DNA from: Euryarchaeota archaeon UBA86
Lineage (GTDB): Archaea; Thermoplasmatota; Poseidoniia; Poseidoniales; Thalassarchaeaceae
Direction: 5' to 3'
NCBI GenBank assembly: GCA_002503055.1
Contig: DAQX01000029.1
Coordinates: 2,674 to 66,673 of the forward strand
Length of the DNA stretch: 64,000 bases
A program made the translations under genes and the position numbers. Positions 1 through 10,836 of the stretch are shown here, one piece after another. The first letter of the stretch is position 1. Every line of letters begins with the position of its first letter. The notes beneath the pieces were generated by a model that saw only the letters and a list, made by a program, of their open reading frames with translations, did no database searches and was not told the DNA's origin.

Positions 1-27
1 GGCCACTTCGTGATCCGCCTCGACCAT
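1..27 (-). CDS. N-terminus of a gene running off the window edge (MVEADHEVA...)
   Basis: ATG at 27 with minus-strand TTCAA 31 nt upstream; alternative ATG at 79 in another frame; too short to identify. Confidence 0.3.
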
Positions 28-163
28 GTTGAGCAGCGAAAAGCGCTCTTGCTTTGAACCCGACCGTTAGGCTCTCCATACCTCAGTTCCGAACTGTCTG
101 AACCGTACGATTCATATACGGGCGTTCTTTCGCACTATACAACCTCAGGTTGAGTAGTGATAT

Positions 164-775
164 TTGATGACTGGAATAGACTCTGATGATTGGCCTGAAG
201 ACATGTTCGAAGAGATGGCAAAAATGCTCGAGCAGATGGGTATGCCAATCGACATCAAGGCCCTTGAACAGATGATGAAGAGAGTAATGGATCAGTTCGA
301 AGAGATGGGTATCGACCCAACTAAAATTTCACACTCCGAGTTCAAGTTCGAGTCCGCTGGCAACCCCGATGATTTCCGTCGAGCTATGGAATCAATGTTC
401 GACAGCCAAGGCGGTTTCCAAGACTTCTTCAAGCGCATGGGCGTAAATGTAGAAGTAAAGAGCAATGAACAACCACAAGACGAGGCGTCTGCAGAAGTCG
501 AGAAGTCGGAGGACTCCGAGATTTCTGATTTGCCTGAAGAGGATGCATATGTTTCAGATGGTCAAATGTCAGTCACAATCGATATATCGAGATTCCTAGA
601 CATTAGGAGTGAGGATCTTGAACTCTTGTTGAGCAGCGGCGGAGAGGTACTACAACTTCTCAGAAGAACTCAGCCGCGTCCATTCAAGAGATTCATTCTT
701 CCAGAGGCAGTTGAGGATATTCTCAACTGGGAGTTGAACAACGGCATTCTGGATATTACATTCGACCTGGCATGA
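164..775 (+). CDS. Small heat-shock (Hsp20/alpha-crystallin)-like protein with Met-rich acidic N-terminus
   Basis: C-terminal '[11 protein letters not shown]...[10 protein letters not shown]' resembles the Hsp20 signature; lies directly upstream of dnaK. Confidence 0.6.
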   Translation: MMTGIDSDDWPEDMFEEMAKMLEQMGMPIDIKALEQMMKRVMDQFEEMGIDPTKISHSEFKFESAGNPDDFRRAMESMFDSQGGFQDFFKRMGVNVEVKSNEQPQDEASAEVEKSEDSEISDLPEEDAYVSDGQMSVTIDISRFLDIRSEDLELLLSSGGEVLQLLRRTQPRPFKRFILPEAVEDILNWELNNGILDITFDLA

Positions 776-801
776 GCCAAGCGAACCAAGGAGAGACAAA
801 A

Positions 802-2688
802 ATGAGTGGACCTGTGATAGGAATTGACCTAGGAACAACGAACAGCTGCGTGGCGACATTGGAGGGCGGTCAGCCCACAGTCATACCTAACTCTGAAGGA
901 TCGAGAACAACCCCTAGTGTGGTCGCTTTCTCGAAGGAAGGGGAAAGACTGGTTGGCATTACCGCCAAGCGTCAAGCCGTAACCAACTCCGATCGAACTG
1001 TAATGTCGGTTAAGAGAGAAATGGGAACAGATTGGAGCAAGCAGATTGACGATGAGGAATATACTCCTCAGGAAATCTCTGCTTTCGTTCTGCAGAAACT
1101 CAAGGCCGACGCCGAAGAATACCTTGGAAAAGAAGTCAATCAAGCAGTCATCACATGCCCTGCATATTTCAGCGATGCACAGCGAAAGGCAACTCAGGAT
1201 GCCGGTAGAATCGCAGGACTTGAGGTTCTGAGAATAATCAACGAACCCACCGCCGCTGCTCTTGCTTACGGCGTCGATAAGGAAGATGATCAGACAATCC
1301 TAGTTTTTGACTTGGGCGGCGGTACATTCGACGTCTCGATTCTAGATATCTACCAAGTCGATGGCCAGCCTCAAATTGAGGTCAAGGCAACCAGCGGAGA
1401 CAACAGACTGGGGGGTGACGACTTCGATGACAAGATCGTTGAATGGCTCGTATCTGAGTACAAGAAAACATCTGGAATTGACCTATCAAATGACCTTCAA
1501 GCAATGAGTCGTCTAAGGGAGGCTGCTGAGAAGGCTAAGATTGAGCTATCAGGAACCAACTCAACCCAAATCAATCTTCCTTTCATCACCATGAAGGATG
1601 GTCAACCCGAACACCTAGACATGAGTCTGTCCCGCGCTAAATTCGAGGACCTGACTGCTGATCTCATCAAGAGGACGATGAAACCTACTCGCAGCGCCAT
1701 GAAGGATGCTGGAGTCAAGGCGGGAAATATCGACAAGATTCTCTTAGTCGGCGGCAGCACAAGAATTCCAGCAGTCCAAGAAGCAATCGAGAAAGAGGCC
1801 GGAAAGTCGCCATTCAAAGGAATCAACCCCGACGAGGCTGTGGCAGTAGGTGCTGCTCTACAAGCAGGCATCATAGTAGGAGATGAGGGAGTTACCGATG
1901 TACTACTTCTCGATGTAACACCTCTTACCCTAGGAATCGAGACTCTGGGAGGGGTCATGACTACCATGATTGAGAGGAACACAACAATCCCTACTCGACG
2001 CTCTGAGAACTTCTCAACTGCAGCTGACAATCAGCCAGCGGTCGAAGTTCATGTTCTACAGGGCGAGAGGGAATTCGCAAAGGATAACATCACTCTTGGC
2101 CGATTCCATCTGATGGGAATACCTCCTGCACCTAGGGGAATACCCCAAATCGAGGTAACCTTCGACATCGATGCAAACGGTATTGTCAATGTGTCCGCTA
2201 AGGACTTGGGAACAGGTACCGAACAGTCGATTAAGATCGAGAGTCAGACCTCACTATCTGAAGAAGAGATTGCACAGAAGGTAGCTGATGCAGAGAAGTT
2301 TGCTAACGAGGACAAACTACGCCGTGCTGGTGTCGAATTGTTGAACACAGCTGACAGCATTGTCTACCAGACCAAGAGAATGCTAGAAGATGCGGCTGAG
2401 AAGATACAAGATCTAGACTCCGATGCAATCCATGCAAAATTGGATGATCTCAAGGAACTGATAACCAAGGAAGATGGAGAGACTCCAATCGAGGTTGATG
2501 ACATCGACGAGGCTGCAATTCAGGCCAAGATGAAAGAGGTCGAGGACGAAATGCATGAGATTTCCACCAAGATGTACGAGGCCGCTGCAGCCGAGATGGC
2601 TGAGCAGCAAGCCGCTGAGGAAGACGACGAGGATGTTGTAGAGGCAGACTTCGAAGTCGTTGACTCCGAAGAGGAACTAGACGACTAA
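802..2688 (+). CDS. dnaK: Chaperone DnaK (Hsp70)
   Basis: [26 protein letters not shown] motifs; SD-like AAGGAGAG before ATG 802. Confidence 0.98.
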   Translation: MSGPVIGIDLGTTNSCVATLEGGQPTVIPNSEGSRTTPSVVAFSKEGERLVGITAKRQAVTNSDRTVMSVKREMGTDWSKQIDDEEYTPQEISAFVLQKLKADAEEYLGKEVNQAVITCPAYFSDAQRKATQDAGRIAGLEVLRIINEPTAAALAYGVDKEDDQTILVFDLGGGTFDVSILDIYQVDGQPQIEVKATSGDNRLGGDDFDDKIVEWLVSEYKKTSGIDLSNDLQAMSRLREAAEKAKIELSGTNSTQINLPFITMKDGQPEHLDMSLSRAKFEDLTADLIKRTMKPTRSAMKDAGVKAGNIDKILLVGGSTRIPAVQEAIEKEAGKSPFKGINPDEAVAVGAALQAGIIVGDEGVTDVLLLDVTPLTLGIETLGGVMTTMIERNTTIPTRRSENFSTAADNQPAVEVHVLQGEREFAKDNITLGRFHLMGIPPAPRGIPQIEVTFDIDANGIVNVSAKDLGTGTEQSIKIESQTSLSEEEIAQKVADAEKFANEDKLRRAGVELLNTADSIVYQTKRMLEDAAEKIQDLDSDAIHAKLDDLKELITKEDGETPIEVDDIDEAAIQAKMKEVEDEMHEISTKMYEAAAAEMAEQQAAEEDDEDVVEADFEVVDSEEELDD

Positions 2689-4208
2689 TCTTCCGTAATC
2701 AACCTGTGAAGAGTCCTTACATGGACTCCAGAAACTCCGAATTGGAAGAGAGGGTTTGCGCCCTCTGAGCGAGCCTTTGAACCAGGCCCCCAGGCAGTAC
2801 CTGCAATGTCGAGGTGGACCCAAGGAATCTTGTCCGCATCTTCGTCAAAGTCGCGATGAGGTACGAAGAACTCGAGGAACGAGGCTGCTGCGTTCGAAGA
2901 ACCGGCCCTACCTCCAATCGATCCGTTTCGGATGTCCGCGAATGCAGAGTCTGTCATGTACTTCCTGAACTGGGCATTCAGAGGCATCCTCCATACGGCT
3001 TCTCCAGAGCGATTGGCAGCCTTCTTCAATCTCCTGCTGATATCATCATCGTTGGCCCACATTCCGGTAATCTGGTTGCCTAGAGCTACTACGATTGCTC
3101 CTGTCAAAGTGGCTAGGTCAACAATGTACTCAGGATCAAGCTCTCCGGCTTTCCACAACCCATCAGCCAGAACATTTCGTCCTTCAGCATCGGTGCTGAA
3201 TACCTCAATGGTCTTGCCAGAGTATGTCTTGAATACATCTCCAGGCCTGTAAGCACCTGAGCCGGGCATGTTCTCAGCCAAACATGCGACCCCATTCACC
3301 CTGCGTTCATAACCAGTCGAGTGTAAAGCCTCCATCAATCCGAATACTGTTGCAGCACCGCACATATCGTACTTCATGTCCCACATTCCACCAGTAGGCT
3401 TGATTGATATTCCACCTGTGTCGAATGTTATTCCTTTACCGACTATACAGGGTCTTTGCACCTCCTCATCCGCGTCTGGATTTAGCGTAAACAGAACCAT
3501 ACAAGGCTTCCTGTCACTTCCTTTTCCAACATTAATCAGCCCCCCCATTCCGAGCTCCTGTAATTTGCCCCAGTCGTAAACTTCCACAGACACATTATCC
3601 TTGTCAGCAGCCCATTCTTCTGCCCTACGAGCGTACTCCATAGGGTACAGAACATTGGCCGGCTCATTTCCTAAATCACGCGCTAGATGGACACCTCCAA
3701 CTATTGAGTTAATTCTAGAAAGTCCTTCAGCCAATGACTCTTGATATCTCTGGCTAGCTTGGAACTGAACCGACCATGGTTCCATGATATGATTATCATC
3801 GATCTCTTGATGCTCTAGAAACTCGTAATCTCTCAGCATCATTCCTTCTGCAAAGTCAATCATTCGCTCACCTGTCCACCCTGAGGTGAATCTCACGCAT
3901 ACTGAGAGCCCCTTCTTCTTGGATAGAGAAGCCATCACTCGAGCTCCGGTGTTACGGGCCATTCCGTGGCTGAGACCATCCTTCTTGCCCATGCCGATGA
4001 GCATGACTCTACATTCAGGAGTCCAAATGACCATTCTCTGCCCCTTCTTTCCTTCAAATTCATCAGATGAAATTGCTTCCTTGACTAGGTTACGCTGACT
4101 CCGACCAAGACCTGAGAGAGCATTGTTAGGGGCTCGGCCTACTCCTTCAAAGAGAGGTATCAGCAGTTGTTCACAGGCTTCATCGAATTCATTATTGGCC
4201 CAATTCAT
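2685..4208 (-). CDS. pepA: Leucyl aminopeptidase (M17)
   Basis: [39 protein letters not shown] motifs. Confidence 0.95.
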   Translation of the reverse strand: MNWANNEFDEACEQLLIPLFEGVGRAPNNALSGLGRSQRNLVKEAISSDEFEGKKGQRMVIWTPECRVMLIGMGKKDGLSHGMARNTGARVMASLSKKKGLSVCVRFTSGWTGERMIDFAEGMMLRDYEFLEHQEIDDNHIMEPWSVQFQASQRYQESLAEGLSRINSIVGGVHLARDLGNEPANVLYPMEYARRAEEWAADKDNVSVEVYDWGKLQELGMGGLINVGKGSDRKPCMVLFTLNPDADEEVQRPCIVGKGITFDTGGISIKPTGGMWDMKYDMCGAATVFGLMEALHSTGYERRVNGVACLAENMPGSGAYRPGDVFKTYSGKTIEVFSTDAEGRNVLADGLWKAGELDPEYIVDLATLTGAIVVALGNQITGMWANDDDISRRLKKAANRSGEAVWRMPLNAQFRKYMTDSAFADIRNGSIGGRAGSSNAAASFLEFFVPHRDFDEDADKIPWVHLDIAGTAWGPGSKARSEGANPLFQFGVSGVHVRTLHRLITED

Positions 4209-4304
4209 CTTATCACCGAAGATTGCGATTTGGTAGCAATATACAAAGAATTGCTTTGAAAATCAATACTTTAGAGTGAAAATTACTATAATGAATAATG
4301 CAAA

Positions 4305-5708
4305 TTACGGTTCAATTCTACTATTTCTTCCATTAATCGCCGCTAGAGCGATGGAGAATAAAACTAGGATTACCGAAGGAGCAGGAAGCAGACCGGACTC
4401 TACAGACTTAATTCCAACAACGCTATTGTTGACTTCCTCAATCGCCCACATCGAAGCATCGACCACTCGCTTCTGATAGTGTAGAGCGAATTGCCCACTC
4501 TCAGATATTTTCACGCCTTCGAAGTCGAGGATAATCTGCGTACTATTTGTGGCATTGACTTGGAATCCACATCCTACAAGCGAGTAATTAAACTGTGATT
4601 CTATAGTACATGGTTCCTTTTCCAGAGAAATACTAGGGACAAACTCAGTACCATCTTCATCGATGTAGACTAGCGTGGCATTTGCCGTAGAAGCTCTACC
4701 TAGGTTAGAAACTGATAACTCAACTCGAGATCCATCTATGGCCAATGAATCAACAACCAATCTAGCCCTCCAGTACCACACATTCTCGATTAGATAATTC
4801 ATCACATCGAGTTCTTCTCCCAATCTGTCCGAGACTGCCTCTATGGATCCTAGAAGGAATTGCTCATCATCGGTCTCAAAGGTGAAAGTTGGGTACCCCA
4901 TAACACCGTAGCCATAATCACGACTAGTTCCACAATTCGGGTATAGACCTTGGTTAGCGTTACGAATAGGTATGTCTGAAATGTTTGAATTCACTTCATC
5001 TCTAATGTGGTGATACATTTCCCAGTCAGAAGGCTGTTCTGGCCATTTACCCCAAGGGTAGAGCATAATCCAAACTCCAGTATGCATTGTAATGTATAGG
5101 TCGGCATGAGGAACTACCTCGTTCATGTAAATCGAATTTGCAAGAGTCTCTGATTCACTGAATGCCGAACTTCCAGGCTGAGTTGTGGGGCATGTGTTCC
5201 AGTAATGGTCATAATTTCTATTCAGGTCTACCTGATTGACATTCCACCTGGTATCGAAGTCATTTCCATCTGCATTTAGCATGATGAGAATATGTAATTC
5301 AGTGGTCGCCAATACATCGAGTACCTCTTGTTCACCATCGCCCCAGCCTTCGATATAATATTCAGCCACCAGAAACGCAAGCTCCGTTCCTAAATGTTCG
5401 TTCCCATGATGCCCTCCGTCAATGTAAACCACTTCTTTGGCTGATCCATCGGGCTTGGTCTCCTGACTCCAATCTGAAATTTGTAACATCCATAGGTTCC
5501 TTCCCAATTCTGTTTGACCTACGACCAACAAATTCACGATTTCTGGGTAATCATCCGCCCATGCATTGACATCCAATGTCAGTGTTGCATAGGAATGATA
5601 CCAGTGCTCCTGAATTATGTCCGGCTGACCTATCTGTGCCGATGCTATCGGTGCAACAGGCACAGTCAGCATCAGGGATGTGAGGATAATCGCTGCCCAG
5701 CGGCGCAT
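4305..5708 (-). CDS. Secreted/membrane-anchored zinc carboxypeptidase (M14)
   Basis: HHGNEH, DLNRNY, MHT, FTFET motifs; N-terminal signal peptide; C-terminal LPAP-hydrophobic-basic anchor. Confidence 0.88.
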   Translation of the reverse strand: MRRWAAIILTSLMLTVPVAPIASAQIGQPDIIQEHWYHSYATLTLDVNAWADDYPEIVNLLVVGQTELGRNLWMLQISDWSQETKPDGSAKEVVYIDGGHHGNEHLGTELAFLVAEYYIEGWGDGEQEVLDVLATTELHILIMLNADGNDFDTRWNVNQVDLNRNYDHYWNTCPTTQPGSSAFSESETLANSIYMNEVVPHADLYITMHTGVWIMLYPWGKWPEQPSDWEMYHHIRDEVNSNISDIPIRNANQGLYPNCGTSRDYGYGVMGYPTFTFETDDEQFLLGSIEAVSDRLGEELDVMNYLIENVWYWRARLVVDSLAIDGSRVELSVSNLGRASTANATLVYIDEDGTEFVPSISLEKEPCTIESQFNYSLVGCGFQVNATNSTQIILDFEGVKISESGQFALHYQKRVVDASMWAIEEVNNSVVGIKSVESGLLPAPSVILVLFSIALAAINGRNSRIEP

Positions 5709-5765
5709 AGCGCCGCTGAGGGGGTCTTCATCTACAATCGTTGGCACTAAATGTCAATTTTTCCA

Positions 5766-6683
5766 CTAGTTACGACTAGCAATGTGAGCGACCAGCATCT
5801 TGGTAGCGATGAGTGCTGCGTTGAACTGGGTCAGACGGTCCTCACCGGGGACGATTTCGTTGACATCGACCCCAATGACCTCGGCAGAACTTGCGAATAA
5901 ATCTTCGATAATCTCTACGGCTGCCCAATGACTCAAACCTCCAGGAACTGGAGTACCGGTGTCTGGAACAAGCGAGCCGTCCAGACCGTCGACATCGAAG
6001 GTCAACCAAACAGGCCCCTCTATCTGCGCAATTCTTTCCTTGAGCGCAACCCATCCTGCTTGCCCGTCACACACGCCCATGAAATCCCTAGCATACCAGG
6101 TTTCCACTCGCTCATCATTGTCAGAGAATTCTGCCTCCTCTCTGGATAGCACTCGTGTACCAATTTGCACTACACGACCAACCCCTGCATCGAGAGATCT
6201 TCTGACTGCGGTTCCATGAGAGAATCTTTCTCCTCCGAGTTGATCCCTAAGGTCGGCATGGGCATCGACTTGAATCAGCGTCAGGCGACTCAAATCTCCG
6301 TCCAATGAAGGATGTCCTGCAGCAGCCTGCATCAAGGGGGGAAGAATGCCGTGTTCACCACCTAGGAATAACGGAAATTGCTCACCATCCATCCACTTTA
6401 CTGCATAGTCTCTAATCGAATCCAATTGCTCCATCAGAGTTCCTGCATTTGACGACCATGCTTCTGCAGTATGCATTCTCATTCCGCAAGGTAGTTCCTC
6501 AGGAAGCAAAGTGTCGTACAATTCTACTTGAGAACTAGCAGAGATACAAGCCGCAGGACCATCTTCCGTTCCCTCTCCCCAACTTGTTGTCATCTCGAAT
6601 GGAATTGGCAGAATCACAATGTCCCATGGCCCATCTTCGGACTCTTTGAGGCCGAGGAAAGTAACTCTCTGCTGCTCTTCCAC
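5766..6683 (-). CDS. speB: Agmatinase (ureohydrolase family)
   Basis: GGEH, DAHADLRD, SHGT, DVDGLD, TGTPVPGG motifs. Confidence 0.88.
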   Translation of the reverse strand: MEEQQRVTFLGLKESEDGPWDIVILPIPFEMTTSWGEGTEDGPAACISASSQVELYDTLLPEELPCGMRMHTAEAWSSNAGTLMEQLDSIRDYAVKWMDGEQFPLFLGGEHGILPPLMQAAAGHPSLDGDLSRLTLIQVDAHADLRDQLGGERFSHGTAVRRSLDAGVGRVVQIGTRVLSREEAEFSDNDERVETWYARDFMGVCDGQAGWVALKERIAQIEGPVWLTFDVDGLDGSLVPDTGTPVPGGLSHWAAVEIIEDLFASSAEVIGVDVNEIVPGEDRLTQFNAALIATKMLVAHIASRN

Positions 6684-6804
6684 GAGGTCGCGAAAGTAGC
6701 AGGAAGATTAACCGCTTCGGAGAGAAATTGACCTTTTTCAGGGCACAGGGAAGGACTGTTGAAATAGCGCGGCCTCTCATCTATACTCGCCGCGGAGGGA
6801 TTAG

Positions 6805-7218
6805 ATGGGATTGACACTAGCACAATTGACCGACGCTATTCGGCATAAGGTCGATGCCGATATGGAGACCTCGGTTGCTGAGACTATCGCCGAGCATGCA
6901 CTCGGATTCTTTGGTTTCTCCAATCGCATTATCGACAATGCTCTCGAGCCAACCGATCGCAACCTGTTCTATCAGTTGCAGGACTATGACCTGTTGACAA
7001 CTGAATCAGAAGAAACCACACTTTGGGATGGTCGTGAGTGGAGGATTCACTACTGGAAATTCAAGTCTAATGCCGAGGAGCTTGCTAGACTTGCCGCTGA
7101 AGGAAAGACCAACAAGGGTGACGACGACCCCTATGCGGGCGTCTATGACGATGTTCCTGCCTCACTATGGAGAGAACGCTCGGGCGAGGATGACGATTAC
7201 GAAGAGCCTCTGTTCTAG
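6805..7218 (+). CDS. Conserved Thermoplasmatota protein (DUF6015-like)
   Basis: 'FFG...RIIDN.LEP.DR..FY.L.D...L...EE TTL.DGREWRIHYW' pattern recalled from Thermoplasmatota. Confidence 0.7.
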   Translation: MGLTLAQLTDAIRHKVDADMETSVAETIAEHALGFFGFSNRIIDNALEPTDRNLFYQLQDYDLLTTESEETTLWDGREWRIHYWKFKSNAEELARLAAEGKTNKGDDDPYAGVYDDVPASLWRERSGEDDDYEEPLF

Positions 7219-7264
7219 TACAGGGCGGGAATCGGTTCATATCTCATGATTCTAGGCACATGCT

Positions 7265-10200
7265 GTGCCTCACGCGAGACAAGCACTCATAATCCTCGTA
7301 ACTCTCTTACTATCGACCCAAGCATCGTTGGTTCTCGCCGAGGAAGAGACGCAGACCACCTGTGCCGTACTTGTCGATTGGGATGTCGAGGAGCATTGGG
7401 ATGGGGGCTGGAATGTTACATTCGATGTCCTACATAGGTATCTTGTGATATTCGACCCCCCATTCACCGCAGGTGATACTCCAACTTCAGTCACAGTTTC
7501 AGTAGAGCAGCACAGAGATGAAATCCAAATTGCTGACAACTCGAACGCCTCGTACATCAATGCCGGCGGCGAGATTGACATTGTACTCGACACCGAACCT
7601 GAGTTTGGAGACATCGTTCAGATTTCTGTAATAACTTCCGAGGCCACCTGCTCTAGAGAACTCTCCATTACTCGCTGGAATCAACCTATGGCTGATCACG
7701 AGATTACTAGAGAGACAACTTGGAACATGGATGGTGCAGAACAAGACAACAGCATCGACTTTGAAGGAAGAGGATGGCAGAAGAGAACAGGAGATATCCT
7801 AGAGTCTAACGAACTCGGTAATGGGACTCTGTTGCTAGACTCGATGGATGGTACACAAGGCCTCATGCTAGCACTCAACCTTGAGACAATCTGGCTCAAC
7901 GAGACTTATGATGGAGTCGAACTTTTGAATCAGGACTTTGAGATGCGAGGAAACGGCTCACTCTTCCTGAACACCACCGAGGAAGGAGATGAAGGAAACA
8001 GCGGATTCTCCGTCGATGTTGATGTTCATGAAGTACTAGTTCTGCGTTCATGGCAGGAAGACAGCTCTACTGAACGCTTCCTGATCGACGGAACAGGTTG
8101 GTTGTCTTTCAACGGAGGAGATAATAATAGCTCTGAAGGAGGATTTGGACAACTTTCATCCTTCTATTGGGAGACATGGGACGAAGATGACAGAAGGAGA
8201 TTACAGCATCTACAACTGGAAGCGAATGCAACTCTGCGACTCGACAGTGGCGCAAACGAGTATTTCTCATTCGATCTCGATGAGTTCAGAATCCTAGAGC
8301 GCTGGGAAGACGGAATCAGAGAGGAACAACACTCACTGATTCTTGGCGGCGGAGATTTCGGGTTCTTAATTGACGACGAATTCTTCGAAGTCGAAGTAAA
8401 CGGAACCATCCCACTCATCCATTTCGAGACTATTGGGGGAGAGACAGTTGCAGATACAATCAGACTCGATGGAACCTACGACGGTGATGCAGAGGGTAGT
8501 TTCGGATTGATTAGAAGAATCGTTGATACAGGTACTCAAGAGAATGCAACTGGTGTGATGTTTGAGGTAGATAAAATCGAGAATGAGTTTTGGTTCAATG
8601 TCTCTGCAACTCCAATTGGCCCAATTACTGAGGATTGGCAGGCCGAGCACAATTTGACCTACGAGTACACAGTTCCACAAGTCGACTGGTGGAATCGTAC
8701 CATCAGGTACCAGTATATCGAGGACAATGGAACTGTGAATAATGAATATCCCGAGACATCGCCAATCATCGTACAGGCGCAGCAGCCTGAAGCAAACCGT
8801 ATCTTTGAGAATCATATTTCCAGAGAGACCGGATCTGCTCCAGAGATTCTCGTGCCTGGAGATAGTTTTGCTCTTGTAGGCAATGACGCACTCATACTGT
8901 CAGTCGATGTGATGTCTATTGTAGATGGCGAAATGGACGGACACAATGTCACTCTAGCAGAGTGGATTGGTGACTATGGCGGTAACACATATGCATCAGG
9001 CAGTGTCGTCAATGAAGGTCCACTTGCCGGTTTGTTGAATGAGGTCTATCGCTGGATCGACATTTCATTCAGCGAGAACGGGAGCTCCGAAAATCTAGCC
9101 TTTGTAGAGCATCAGTCTGTCGATAGAGTCCTCTCTCCTTCGGTAATCTCGGAGGAAGAAAATACCCCTCCTGCTCTAATTTCTGTAGGTTTCAGAGAAG
9201 GTAGGCTTCTGACTGAGGGAGACTCTGCTCATTTAGAAGTCCTAGTCTATGACTTCGATACAGATGTCACAGCTGTATCCGTGGATCTGACTGATATTGG
9301 CCTAGGAATAGTCGAACTCTCGGATTCTGGTCTTCTGGGTGACCACACCATCCATGATGACATCTGGACGGCACTGGTGAATTATGAAGGCCTAGAGCAC
9401 GGCATAATCCCAACCTCAGTTACAATCGATGATTTCTGGCTCTCAATTGTTGAGGAATCTAGTATTGAGATAACCAATGCAGCCCCCAGAATGCTTTCTC
9501 TACAATTCTCCCCTGACTCCGTGTTTCGCGGAGATTTAGTCGATGTCATAGTCACCGCAGTGGATGGCCACGGAGTCGAATCTGCAGCTGTTGACTTGCT
9601 TGGAGTCGGAGGTGAGCTAAGCCAACTAATCGAAACTAATGGTGAATGGATTGGCCAATTTACTGTACCGACCGGCATGTCCCCAGGGGAGCGAACAATT
9701 CCAATCCGAATAACCGACGGCGACGGCGAGACAGTGATTTCAGAGCATACTCACGCAGGAGGATTTCCAATTGATGCACCAAAGTTGACAATTGTGAATG
9801 AAGCTCCGATTATTGGAGACATTATCATTATCAGAGAAGGAGAAACAGTTGACACAGTACATGTTCCCTCTAGTGGTGACCCGATTACACACTTCCTTGA
9901 AGTTGCTATTGATGATCCAGATGGAGTCTCTTCTGCACAAGCAAAGATTGGCAGACTAGCACCAATTGGTAGCTCCGATGCTTGGCTTCTGATGGTGGAC
10001 GATGGAACAGGCGGAGACAGGGTTGCAGGCGATGGAATCTACACACTCTCTTTCGATGTTCGAACGACCTTGCCAGAGGGCAACATGACAATAGAAGTCA
10101 GAGCCACAGACACTTACCTCTCCACAACTCCGTACAACGATCAGCAGCAGACTCTAGAACTTGAGAAGATGATTTCTGGAGGAAGTGGAGGAAACTGGAT

Positions 10201-10306
10201 TGCTGACAACTCGATGTTACTGGTCGCAGTCGGCCTAGTTCTTCTGCTTCTAATCGGAGCTACTGCTATCGTAATTTCGATACGGAATTCTGAGACCGAG
10301 TGGTAA
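7265..10306 (+). CDS. Large acidic cell-surface protein with choice-of-anchor-X-like/Ig-like repeats and C-terminal TM anchor
   Basis: Signal peptide; D/E-rich beta-rich body; 'DDGTGGDRVAGDGIYT' and 'DSGLLGDHTIHDDIWT' motifs; C-terminal hydrophobic helix. Confidence 0.75.
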   Translation: MPHARQALIILVTLLLSTQASLVLAEEETQTTCAVLVDWDVEEHWDGGWNVTFDVLHRYLVIFDPPFTAGDTPTSVTVSVEQHRDEIQIADNSNASYINAGGEIDIVLDTEPEFGDIVQISVITSEATCSRELSITRWNQPMADHEITRETTWNMDGAEQDNSIDFEGRGWQKRTGDILESNELGNGTLLLDSMDGTQGLMLALNLETIWLNETYDGVELLNQDFEMRGNGSLFLNTTEEGDEGNSGFSVDVDVHEVLVLRSWQEDSSTERFLIDGTGWLSFNGGDNNSSEGGFGQLSSFYWETWDEDDRRRLQHLQLEANATLRLDSGANEYFSFDLDEFRILERWEDGIREEQHSLILGGGDFGFLIDDEFFEVEVNGTIPLIHFETIGGETVADTIRLDGTYDGDAEGSFGLIRRIVDTGTQENATGVMFEVDKIENEFWFNVSATPIGPITEDWQAEHNLTYEYTVPQVDWWNRTIRYQYIEDNGTVNNEYPETSPIIVQAQQPEANRIFENHISRETGSAPEILVPGDSFALVGNDALILSVDVMSIVDGEMDGHNVTLAEWIGDYGGNTYASGSVVNEGPLAGLLNEVYRWIDISFSENGSSENLAFVEHQSVDRVLSPSVISEEENTPPALISVGFREGRLLTEGDSAHLEVLVYDFDTDVTAVSVDLTDIGLGIVELSDSGLLGDHTIHDDIWTALVNYEGLEHGIIPTSVTIDDFWLSIVEESSIEITNAAPRMLSLQFSPDSVFRGDLVDVIVTAVDGHGVESAAVDLLGVGGELSQLIETNGEWIGQFTVPTGMSPGERTIPIRITDGDGETVISEHTHAGGFPIDAPKLTIVNEAPIIGDIIIIREGETVDTVHVPSSGDPITHFLEVAIDDPDGVSSAQAKIGRLAPIGSSDAWLLMVDDGTGGDRVAGDGIYTLSFDVRTTLPEGNMTIEVRATDTYLSTTPYNDQQQTLELEKMISGGSGGNWIADNSMLLVAVGLVLLLLIGATAIVISIRNSETEW

Positions 10307-10768
10307 TCAATCCAGCTCCTTGGGCCTGAGTACCTCAATCAGACTCCACTTCCGACCGTCATTTTCTATCAAAGCAGCAGCCCCCGCGGGCATCACCTCC
10401 CACTCTCCAGTTAGATGGTTAATCAGAACTTCTGAGCCCGGATTATGTCCGAGAATCAATGTTGTCCCTCCTTCAAGCAGATCTTCTAACTGTTCGGAAA
10501 GGCTACTGAGTCCGGCATGGTAGATTTCTGGACGAATTTCAATGGATGCATCACCAATCACAGCAGACATCCCTTCCAATGTCTCAATCGTTCTTCTAGA
10601 GCTGCTCACTAGGACTAGTTGAGGCAACCAACCTCGGTTAGCCAGAATCTGCCCCATCCGTGGTGCATCGTACTGACCTATTTCACTCAGTGGCCTATCA
10701 TGGTCAGTAAGATCAGGATAGTCCAAACTACTCTCGGCATGGCGCATCACTACCAACCTGTTTCTCAT
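10307..10768 (-). CDS. sixA: SixA-like phosphohistidine phosphatase
   Basis: MRHAES, DHDRPLS, SS.RT.ET, GHNPG motifs. Confidence 0.85.
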   Translation of the reverse strand: MRNRLVVMRHAESSLDYPDLTDHDRPLSEIGQYDAPRMGQILANRGWLPQLVLVSSSRRTIETLEGMSAVIGDASIEIRPEIYHAGLSSLSEQLEDLLEGGTTLILGHNPGSEVLINHLTGEWEVMPAGAAALIENDGRKWSLIEVLRPKELD

Positions 10769-10836
10769 GACTTGCACATGTCACACTACTTCTTGAATTG
10801 CATGAATCTCATAAGACGCCGCGCGGTGGGTTACAC

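Noticed and set aside
4209..4304. AT-rich gap with AGCAAT-N9-ATTGCT upstream of pepA
   Set aside because: Single short palindrome in AT-rich DNA; could be an operator but cannot be distinguished from chance
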